NCBI GenBank assembly: GCA_964247055.1
Contig: OZ176054.1
Location: forward strand, 7,936,001-8,000,000
From: Paragordius varius
Lineage: Eukaryota > Animalia > Nematomorpha
DNA: 64,000 bases
Direction: 5' to 3'
Position numbers and translations under genes: made by a program. Position 1 is the stretch's first letter. Each line of letters begins with the position of its first letter. Of this stretch, positions 53,101-64,000 are shown in pieces. Under the pieces are notes generated by a model. That model did no database searches. It was not told where the DNA came from and saw nothing but the letters and a program-made list of their open reading frames with translations.

Positions 53101-56100
53101 TAGTTTAAGTATAATTCTAATTTATTTTATATATTTAGATGGATCACAATCCGGGTTATTACCGCAAAAATGTTATAGCGATTGAAGGCAAAGAAAATTT
53201 GGTGACAGATGAAATAGAACGTGATTTGCATAGGTGGGAATTTTATACATATAAAAATCATTTAATTTCATTCATTATTTTCATATACGGTATGATTAAG
53301 GCGATTGTTTTACAATTTGCATGCCTTTGCAAATCAAGAGACTATTTCGGTGTCCCTGACCTATGGAATTGCCTTTCTGGGCTTACGGAGTTCCATCCCC
53401 GCTTACATATATTACAAATTGGTTGTTTTTAGCAACTGGTTATAGCGCCAGATAAACCCGCTTTATCATCTGTGTGAATGCAGGTATTGTGGTATTTTAT
53501 AGGAAAAAATAATGGTAGTTTATTTTTTCCACCACACCCCACACAGATGATTTCTTTCCTTTGCCGCTCCCGTTGGTATTAACCAGGGTGCACCACGCGG
53601 AGGTGGGAGTCGGTATACAAGTGGTAATCAAAATTCTATGGTAGACTACATTTTAACACCCATTCAAGATAGAAAATTCATTAAAGACTCTAAAACATAC
53701 CTTACTGACACGCAACATAAATTAATTGTAGCTATAATAACAATAAACAAATCCTATTACCATAGTAACCAGAAACCTAAAATAAACTTAGAAAAATTAC
53801 ACCTTCCTGATCTTAAACTTCAACTCTCAGAAACTGTCAATGCATCGCTTAGCCTCAACCACAAAACATCTGAACAAGCTTGGGATAATTTTAAAAACAG
53901 CATCATCCCAAATGTGCTTAATTGCTGTGGCAGAAAGAAAATATACAGGAAAAAACAACAATCAAATTTGTGGTGGTCAGAATCCATAAAACCTTTAATT
54001 AAAATTAAACGCAATAACTATAAAAGATGGAAACAAACAAAAGATAAAAGAGACTTGGAATCATATATCAAATCAAATAAAAATTTACAACAAGCCATCA
54101 ATATTTCAGCCAACAAAAAAGCTTTGGATTTAGCTAAAAAATTAGAACAAGACATGAAAAATCTTAAGATTTTTCGAACAATAAATTCAGTTAACAATAA
54201 TAAAAAGGACATTAAACAAATTTCCTATATTAAAGATAAAGATCAACAACTAGTAACTGAGTGGAGCGACATAAGCAATGTCTGGACAACGTATTACAAA
54301 GAACAATTTGCACAAAAACATGATTTTGAAACAATAAACCAACCACCAGCAATTGGTCCTCGACCATTGATAACAACAGACGATGTAAGAGATGCCTTGG
54401 CCAAGATGAAAAATAACAAAGCTACAGGCCCATCTGAACTCAGCTGTGACATGATCAAAGCTTTACCACAATGCATTATACATTTAACTAACATATTCAA
54501 TCTAATCTTATCAACGAATTGCATCCCTAATCATTGGTCAAAAAGCACCATCATACCCATTTATAAAAACAAAGGAGACATACTCGTTTGCTCCTCCTAC
54601 CGACCACTAAAGTTATTGGAACACCCGTTAAAAATTTTTGAATCCATTATTGAATCAAAACTAAGATCAATCGTTAGTATACAGGAATCACAATATGCCT
54701 ATAAACCAAACAGTAGCACAATTGATGCAATCTTCATTTTGAGAAGATTGCAAGAGAACTATTTAGCGAAAAATAAAAAACTATATCATGTTTTTATTGA
54801 TTTACAAAGGGCCTTTGATTGTATCCCCAGGAAGTTGATCACATCCACACTACGAGCCAATAATGTAGATGAGTGGATAATTAAATCAATAGAAATGATG
54901 TACTACAAAACAACAAACTGCGTCAGATTAACACTAGGTAACACAGCTTTTGTTCCAAACGAATCTGGTCTTCATCAAGGCTCCATCCTAAGCCCTCTAC
55001 TCTTCATTTTAATAATGGATTACCTAACAAAAGATATAAAACAAGGCCCACCATGGGAACTTATCTATGCGGACGACATTGTCCTCACCGCAACATCAAT
55101 GGAAGCATTAAATCAAAAGTACAACACATGGAAATCACACTTAGAAAAGGGTGGAATGAATATAAATATAAGCAAAACAAAGGTAATGATAACGGGTGAA
55201 ACTGTATATGCACGACCTAAGTTTCCATGTGGAGTATGTGATTTAGATGTTAAACTCAATTCAATCCTATGTACATCATGCAATAAGTGGGTACACAAAA
55301 AGTGCTCGCTTATAAAAGGGAAACTAATCAATAATGACAAATTTATATGTGAATCATGTAAAAATAAAACAATAAATCACTCATCCACTTCCCTAAATTA
55401 CGTTTATATGGCAGACACCAAAATCGAATTGGCGAATAATTTCAAATACTTGGGTGATGTCATACATTGCCTAGGTGGAATAAACCAATCAGTTAAATAT
55501 AGATCCCAACAGGCTTGGGTAAAATATCATCAACTTAAATTTGTCCTCAAAAATAAACACATATCAGCAAAAAACAAAGGTTTGATTTACAAAGCCGGCA
55601 TACGTCCCATACTCCTGTATGGTTGCGAAACGTGGCCGATGACAGATTCAATCGAGAAAAAACTAATGAACTTAGAAAAACGGATACTAAATTTATTCCA
55701 ACCCAATAAGTCAAATTCAAATTTACATCAACTGTACCAAATTGAACCTTTAAATGTCATGCTCAAAAAAATAGGCTCAGATATTTCGGACACATCAAAC
55801 GTGCTCCAGAACAATGGACAAATAAAATTTTATCCCTACATCCCGAAGGTAACAATCGCAGGGGCAGACCAACATTCAACTGGGAAAAAACAATAAATAA
55901 TGATTTAAGTGTTGCCAACATTGATGATAATGCCTGGCAGGATCGCAAATATTACAGACAACTTCTATACGGATACAATGGCTAGCCATTACACAAAGAC
56001 GATACGAAAAATCATTTAATTATCTATTTAGTAAACGATCAGCCAAACTTGATGGTCTAATAATTTATATAAAATCTTTTACTAAAAACACTTTTAAAAG

Positions 56101-59100
56101 CAACCATAAAATTTACCCCAATTGTATTTAGATGTTAAATTTTAGCTATAGATTTGGGTAAAAGGGATGGAGATTTAATCTCTAATTAATTTATATATCA
56201 GTTTGTGGCATGAAAATTTAACTACTAAGTCTATCGTTTGGCTATGAAAATGGGTTCATATTTTATATATTAAGACATTTTTTATTATACTGCTATTAAA
56301 TGATAATCAAATTTGCCTTATATATGTTTTAAGATCATTACCAGAACACCCTACATTCCAAACACAGGCAGGGATTGCTGCTTTAAGGCGTGTACTAACG
56401 GTTTATGCATGGAGAAACCCTTCTATTGGATACTGTCAGGCCATGAATATAATTGCCTCTGTTCTTATCATTTACACCACTCATGGTGGTTTACAAGGTA
56501 AGAAATTTAATGTTATTATTAACTTCATTTGCTATACCACTGATTGTTATCCATGAGTGTGTAAATTATATAGATTTGTTTAATAGGTCCTTCTTTTTTT
56601 ACATAGATATTATACATTTTGTTTAGTATATTACGATTTTTATTATAATATAATTTTATTTTTTTATATCCATATAATATTCTATATTTTAACATTGTTT
56701 GACCATTAAGTAAAAAATGCCATCAATTTTTTTAGAATATTGTTTATGCTTGATATACTGCTTAATAAACGATTTATATCTTCATGTTTATAGTTGTCCA
56801 CGAATAACCTTTTTCTACTCATCTTTCCATATTTGGCATTGTATTGGTTTTAAGTCTTATTTAATGTTAATTAGACTTGTTTAATATTTTGGAGCGGGTA
56901 TCGGTTTATAGTCGGTTTATGTAGCTCTAATATTTGAGTCAGTTCTTTTGTATAAAATTTTCTACTGCTGAAAAATTTATATTTGAATCGCCAATATTTT
57001 TATTAATGGTCGTTTCATAAAAAATTATAGTATTAATTTTTACGTTACAACCTTGACGCATAAATTATTTTACATGGGACACCTGTTTTTAGATGAATTG
57101 GAAAAGGGTGAAGAGTTGGCTTTTTGGTTATTAGTTGCGATATGTGAACGACTACTTCCAGAATACTACAATACAAAAGTATCTAACTTAACTTTATTGT
57201 CATTCACAATAAAAATTGAATTTATAAAGAGGAATCGTGAAAACTTTATAAGAAAAATATTTTTTTATGAATACAGTCATCAGACCTTTTATTAATTATT
57301 ATTGAACTATCAATTAAGTGACATCATACATCTTATATTTTGAAAGCTAGAACGATAGGTTATATTAAAAAATTAAGGTTGAAAAAAATGTAAGTGTTCT
57401 CTTTTTAGAAAATATCTGTCTTTTTGATTTTACATTTTGTCTTTAAAAGTTCAATTTTTCATATTTAATTTTTAGTCCTTTTGAAAATTTTTCATATTAA
57501 TTATTATATGTTATAAACCAATTTTATTAAACAATAGGTTTTGGGTGCCCTTATTGACCAAGGAGTTTTTGACGAATTACTCAAAAAGCATTTACCATCG
57601 CTGCAAAATAAATTGGCTCAATTCGGATTATCTCGCATGATTACACTTAGCTGGTTTCTCACTATTTTCCTCAGTGTTATGAATTTTCATGCGGCCGTTA
57701 ACGTTTTGGATTGCTTTTTTTTCAGTGGAGTCAAATTTTTATTCCAAGTATTATATTGTTCAATTTAATTTTATTTAAGTGAAAATGAACCAATATATAA
57801 GAGAAAAGATACTATAGGATATGGTTTAAAAATGAACATCTAGTTTAATAATTTTGCAAAAACATAAAGGCTTTTTGGAATAGAAATGTGCATTATGAAA
57901 AATATTGACCATATAAATAGATCAAATTGTAAATTAAATATTTAACCAGTTCATATCTAAAGATGAATATTTCTGAAAAATATTTTATCAATAAGCATAT
58001 TATTTTTTCTGTATTTAGCTCTCATTAACCATATTTGATTTAAATCGGGAAGAGATCCTAGCAAGTCGCGATGATGGTGAGGCCATGTTATGTCTAACTA
58101 ATTTTTTGGATAGCATTTACGTTGAGGAACACAATTCGAAAGAAACGGGAAATACTTTAACTGACACAACCAAAAAAAGTATTGATAAAATTTTTCGATA
58201 AATGTAAATATGTAAAAAGTATATATTGGTATAATTAATTTTTATTTTACAGAGTAAATTTAACATTATAGACACATAAAAAGTAAAAGAAAAATATTTT
58301 ATACAAGATCGATTATTAATTTTTATCAATAAAAGGTAAATGATTACGATTGTGAAGTATAATTGAATTTGTCATAATTAGTATTCTTATTCCTTATTTC
58401 GCAATACTAACCAGTTATATCGAAAATAATCAAGGTTGTAAAAATTATGGTGTCTTTATAAACAAATATGTCTTTCCTATTTTACGTCTTATCTTTATAC
58501 CTTTAATTTTTACTGTATATATAGGTTTTGTGCCACCTGGATTTAAGCATCGTAATCAAGAGAAATTTCGCAAACAACAAGAATCTGACAATGCAGCAAA
58601 ATTTTTTGATGATGATACTGAAAATGGTTTAGACAACAAGGAAAAAACATCCATAAATAAAAAATTGGCCGAAAAAAATATGAAATCAAAGGTTAAACAA
58701 TTTTTTATTGAATATCTAAACCAGGGGAGTCCAACACCTTCGCGAGCCACATTTATAACTAAAAAATCCGGTGGGCCACATTCGAAAATATATGGGCATT
58801 CATGAATAATTTATCAGATTTTAAACATAAAACTGTACTATGCAAAGGGAATAAAACATTTTTTTCCATTTCTTACCGATTTGGATAGACTTATTTGGAA
58901 AAAGCGTCTGATACATTTCAATTTACTCAGATTTTATCAACATACTTTTGCAAATCAAGGATTTCCCAATTTTTTACGGACCTGCTGTCTAAACAATATA
59001 TTTTCGAATTAATACATATTTTTTTAACGTAAAAACTATTTTTTAGTACTCCATTACAGAATTGATAGCTGAATCATACACTCGATTTGGTGATATTACA

Positions 59101-62100
59101 AACGAACAAATTGAAAAATCCCGGCTTAAAAATCGGTTATTAGTTGTCCAGGTAATTTTTAACTTTTTTAAATTATTTTAATTTTAATCACATAATATTT
59201 TTCTATAATTGCAGAATATAGATGAAACGAATTCAAAAAATATAATGCGCAGCGTTTCCAAAGATTTTCCTGACGTGTTTACTAAAGAGGAAGTTGATTA
59301 TCTTTTCTCACTTTTTAAGGTTTATAACCATTTTTTTATATTTTATAAAAAGTTTAATTATCCATATTAATATACAGTTAAAAATAAATTTATAAAAAAT
59401 GGAAAAGTATATTTTGATCTGGATTAGACAACAAATTTTTCTGCCACTCGAGTTTTTTGCATTTTTTGATATTTAATATCATTTTAACAGTAAATCTGAA
59501 ATAAAAATTATAACTCGTTGGAAGAATTTTATATAATTTGATTTTTTAAATTATGCGCCCTCTTTATCAAAATTTTACTAAAAAATGTTTTTCCAAAAAA
59601 ATATACAAGTAATGCCCATTTGTAATATATCATTCGAAAGAGTATTAAAAACTCTATAAAATGTATACTAATATATATAACATCGACAGTTAATATTGGA
59701 CATAAAGAGCGACAAACGCGCGAAGCGAGAGCATTTTTTTTAATTATTGTATTTTTAAAACTAATGGATGAAAATAGCTCAAACTTTGTTTAGATGGAGA
59801 TGAATGTCCAAAAAAGATAACACAAAAAAGTTTTTTTTGATTAAAACATTTTTTATTGCTTTTATGTCACTCAAAACAGCCATTTTTAAGTTTTTTGTTT
59901 TTTAAAAATTACCATCTCATCAATATTAATTTATTTTCTTTACAAGGCTGATGTTTTTGAAAATTTAAAGATAAAAAAAAGTTTAAGGTATTTTTGATCT
60001 TTTATAGCCATTATGTAATAAATTTACAGTTATAACTATGCATTTTAGTATCCACTAGGTAAAATATTTATGATAATAATAATTTTTATTAAAAAAGCAA
60101 ACCAAAAGCTTTTCCAAACATTTTTTTAAATTAAATACTAATATAACCCTAATAATTATATTAAAATAATTTATATGATTTTCAAATTAGTTTGTCAGTG
60201 AAAATTCTTGAATTATTTAGGGATTGAAAATTTTGACCATTTAAATTTAAATAACTTTTACATCCGATGGATTTAAATGACTTACTACCATTTAAAAGAT
60301 GCAGTTTTGCGCTCTTTCGAATGTATAAAATACATGGCTTCATATCTAAAACTTTAAATTTTTGAAATTTCGAGTTTAATGTAAAATCGGGGCCAAAAAT
60401 TATCGATAAACTCTAATATAAAAAAATTCTTCCATGTAAGACCAATTTTCTTTTCATATATACTAATTATGTACTTTAATGAAATAAATTTTAAATTTAC
60501 AAGAATGGCAGTTAAAAAAAGTTAAAATTTGTTGTCTAGTGTTATCCATATTAATATACAGTTAAAAATAAATTTATAAAAAATGGAAAGTATATTTTCC
60601 TTGATTTTTTCTATATAATTACAATTTTAAAATTTATAATTAAGTTTGTTACCGATTACATTTATATTCCTTTCGTTTAGCAACCAAAAACGATAAAAGG
60701 TTTTTTTTAAAAAAACAATGTTAAAAATATAAATCCATTTAAAAAATATCAATCTTTTACTTTTATATTATCTTTAAAAAATTTTACTGTAAAATTATTT
60801 TATCTTATATCTTTGTAGGAAGAACGAATTAAAAGTTTGTGCTTTCGGGGAATATTTATTGATCCTTGGGAAAAATATGACCCCTCAATCCCAAATCATG
60901 AGCTCTATAAAATCGATTTTGATAGCTTTAACTATTTGATGCGATTGTATCATCCTTGGTCAAATGACTCTATACGTTCCCACGAAGCATTCATAAAGAA
61001 AACTTTTGTGGTATAATTTTTATTTTTGCAAATTATAATAATATATATATATATATATATATATACGGCAATTTGAATTGTAATTGAAAAATATTTGAGT
61101 ATTCTTATGCAGCTTATATATTTTAGAACTCGTATCTTGGATGTTTTTAAATGGGATAAATAATGCTTTTATAATTAGTTGTGACCAATTATAATTGCAT
61201 TCATGAATTATATAAACAACACATTTTTTGGATATACATATATATATATATAGTATCTTATATTAAATCTAATAATGATGTAAACTCAAAAGTAATGTCA
61301 AAAATGAAAATTAAAATTTCATTTGGTAATTGTTTTTAATATACTATCAACACTATTAAAACCAATATAATTAAATACTATTATTTAATTTGTTTCAATT
61401 ACCAACTGATTAAGCCATTTAACTGGTTGTTATGAATAGAATGCGTATTCATAGACGGTCAGACGGGTGGTAATTATTTTTTGACGGGTCTACAATCCGA
61501 CCAAGTTGCTAATAAACTTTGGCACAATACAAATACCCCTGTGTAATTACACTTTTGATATTACACTAAAAATTAAAGTTATACGGAAACGTAAAAATAT
61601 AAAGGCAAATTTTTTTTCAAAAAACAACCATACTTTTTTAAACCTAATTTTTCCTAAATCATTTATTACAATCTTAAAATATATAATTAATTGTGTTACC
61701 AGTATACATATCTATTATGTACTTTGCAATTCAAACAATGAGTTATATTTAAAAGAACATTTTATCTTTATATTTTAACACTTTGTCCGTATAATTCCAA
61801 TTTTTACTATATCATACTGCTAAGGTAAGCATCCATTATAAATATACTTTTCAATATTATTTATCTGTTACCATATTACATATTAATTAGTTGTTGGATT
61901 CCAACTCTGATGGCCTTATAAATTTCAAACAATTCGTTGCAATATTCAAATCTACACTTCGCGCTAGTGTTGAACAAAAATTACGATTTTTATACCATTT
62001 ACATTTACCACCCTTCAATATCTTCAATAATTACACCACTAAGGCAAATCCTGAAGATAGTGTTTCAATGTTAAAATACAATCGACCAAACGCCGATAGT

Positions 62101-62458
62101 AAAAAAGAAAAAAATTATTCCAACACCAATAAATCACATTTTTTTGTTCAAAATAATTCAGTCGCCAATGACACTCATCTTCTCGAAAAAGATGTTACAG
62201 GTAAATAATACTAGTAAATTTAATTATTAACTCATACTTGTAATTTAATAACCAACAATTTAAAAATTTGTGTTTATATTCATCAATTAGAGACTTAATT
62301 TTACGTATACTTATATGATTAAAGTTAGGAAATTAAATTTTTTAAATGTTTGTTAGATGTTTCGGTTTCCCATGAATCTGCCGTCGAAGCCGATGAATAT
62401 TTTGACGTTAATGGAATCGATATTGAAACTGATTATAAAAGTATTTATTATTAAATTT

Positions 62459-62523
<65 letters not shown>

Positions 62524-63674
62524 AAAATTTAACTCAGAACTTTTTTTACCCATATATTGGAGAGCTGTAATCATAATTTTCATTGTTATATAAATTACTA
62601 AAATTACTCATAATAATTTATACAGTAAAATTGAAATTATACATTCAATACTTAAAAACTAACAATTATTTTTAGGGCAACCATATTTTTGATTTGTTAA
62701 ATATAACTCATCGTTTTTGGGGTGCAAAATGAGGAATAGAGATAAAAATTGTTAATACATTTTATTATATCTTTCAAAATCGTAATCATATAGTTAATGT
62801 AGGATAAATCAAGGTTTAAAAAAATATTTTTCTTTTAGTTATAACATTTTGTCTTCAAAATTTTATTTTTTACTATAATTAGAATATTCTACCACTAATT
62901 ATAAATATATTTGTTTTACCCCTATATTTTAGAATCATTGACAACTAGCAAAAACGCGTCAAGTAACTTGAAATACCTGGAAGCATTGTTGTATGAGGTA
63001 GAAAAAAGTCCTCGTAAAACTGCAATCTTATCTTCGAATGAACAAAACAGAAACGAAAAGTTAGATAAAAATGATCAATTTTCACTTCATCAAAACAAAT
63101 TTACAATGGATCAAGTAATAAAATTTTTTATAAATTGTTGGCCAGTTATCAAAATTCAATGTGTTTTAAGAAATTTAATATCTATTTTAATGTTTTGCTC
63201 CAATAAAATACATGTTTTAGAATAATGTGTGCTTTTTTTGTATATTTACAGGATCTTTTTTCACATTTCTGGAAAACGATTTGCGATTTATTCGAGAATG
63301 CACCAAACCAAGAGCAACTCTTACACTCGGCCGCCACAGTAGGAACATTATTACTCAATATTGGTATAACTTTCTGTTTTATGCACTATAATTTTTTAAA
63401 TAACTACTCCTTTTTACATATATAATATAAAATAATAGGAGAATCCTCATTACATCAAAGCCATACTACACCTGCTATAAAAGACGATGCCGCGCCTGAA
63501 GAAAAGTTAACCCTCAAAAAGGCTTCAAGCGTGGAAGAAAGAAAAACTGTAGGACAACATGACAACGACACATCACAATGGCACCTTGGGTTCAAACAAA
63601 TTTTAGCTTGCATACTAATGGAACCCATTTTATCGGAGTTTTTTGATCAAAAATATCAAATTGTAAAAAGTTAA
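47116..63674 (+). CDS. TBC1D9: TBC1D8/TBC1D9-family Rab GTPase-activating protein (2 GRAM domains, TBC, EF-hand)
   Basis: [15 protein letters not shown]|ITECAN; [24 protein letters not shown]; [22 protein letters not shown]|[30 protein letters not shown]; EF-hand [15 protein letters not shown]; C-terminal [16 protein letters not shown]. Both the R and Q catalytic fingers are present. Confidence 0.95.
49250..49441. mobile_element. Hairpin MITE, TA|CAGTA ends, in a TBC1D9 intron
   Basis: TA|CAGTATGAGTAA...TTACTCATACTG|TA; the arms pair over most of the 192 bp. Confidence 0.8.
52737..52895. mobile_element. Hairpin MITE, TA|CAGTA ends, in a TBC1D9 intron
   Basis: GCTTATTTCACACTATAT is mirrored by ATATAGTGTGAAATAAGC; TA flanks. 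Confidence 0.75.
53564..53613 (-). ncRNA. HDV-class ribozyme core with the P1 5' strand missing, in the inverted LINE 5' segment
   Basis: Minus strand: CCG(A)CUCCC / ACC / UCCGCGU / GGU / GCACCCU / GG / UUAAUA / CCAAC / GGGAGCGG. Same architecture as 19147-19216 with all 8 P2 pairs kept by compensatory changes. Confidence 0.7.
53614..55985 (+). pseudogene. LINE ORF: end of the APE endonuclease, reverse transcriptase, PHD-like finger and RTE C-terminus; 5'-truncated, one frameshift
   Basis: VDYIL (end of APE), [43 protein letters not shown]4HC3 at 55228-55359 and FKYLG. A frameshift in the A7 run (55765-55771) joins [10 protein letters not shown]...RRGRP..W, ending at TAG 55983-55985. Confidence 0.95.
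59416..60541. mobile_element. Non-autonomous DNA transposon with a CACTAG-type right terminus (CMC/Transib-like), in a TBC1D9 intron
   Basis: TAGACAACAAATTTT..CTGCCA at the left is mirrored at the right (reverse complement CACTAGACAACAAATTTT). Flanked by a 57-58-bp direct repeat. Confidence 0.65.
61041..61065. repeat. (AT)n microsatellite
   Basis: Perfect dinucleotide run. Confidence 0.95.
62461..62520. repeat. (AT)n microsatellite
   Basis: About 30 AT units with one interruption. Confidence 0.95.
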
Positions 63675-64000
63675 CCATTTCTTTGAAATTGGTATGTGCA
63701 ACAATATATTTCTCAGTACATTGGGTAAAAAGGTGCTGCTCAATTTTTATTCCTTAAAAACAGTAAGATAATTGATATTTTGATATGGAAAAATATACGT
63801 AATACAAAATTTATTTACAACATATTGGTATATTTACAACTTTTACACTTATTTATACAAATGTATAACACACCCCCATAATAAATATTTAACAGTAATG
63901 TTGTTGACTTTTGAGATTATTGGTTTGTGTGATGAGAATGTTTGTTTTGCGATTTAATATCTAAAGATTGAATTAACGGAGTCAAAAAATCATATATTTG

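Larger units (their letters stand above)
53268..56006 (+). mobile_element. RTE-type LINE insertion with an inverted 5' segment, in a TBC1D9 intron
   Basis: 15-bp TSD AAAAATCATTTAATT at 53253-53267 and 56007-56021. Antisense structured segment 53268-53613; sense body from about 53614. Confidence 0.9.

Noticed and set aside
53656-53662. UGGGUGU on the minus strand as the missing P1 5' strand of the second ribozyme
   Set aside because: It lies inside the sense LINE coding body across the inversion junction and lacks the position-1 pair, so it is probably chance.

Overview
Very AT-rich animal DNA; it is not prokaryotic and has no CRISPR, rRNA or tRNA. Seven spliced genes can be built by hand: ISCU (-, runs off the left edge), RINT1/Tip20 (+), an unusually long FoxP (+), an F-box/LRR gene (-), metazoan-type transketolase (+), a signal-peptide/death-domain TMDD1-like gene (-, partial) and a TBC1D8/9-type Rab-GAP (+). 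An unassigned multi-exon ORF cluster lies at about 36.9-38.5 kb. Intron sizes are bimodal: at least 11 GT-AG introns of only 22-31 nt coexist with introns of roughly 50 nt to 3 kb that carry transposons. Those transposons are a decayed hAT with an inverted condensed copy of its own transposase, several hairpin or foldback MITEs, and an RTE-type LINE with a PHD finger. The most notable signal is two HDV/CPEB3-class ribozyme folds with fully covarying P2 stems. One lies in sense orientation in a FoxP intron. The other lies in the inverted 5' segment of the LINE insertion, which is bounded by a 15-bp target-site duplication. All gene models and RNA folds were made by eye; no database search or folding program was run, and the organism is not identified.
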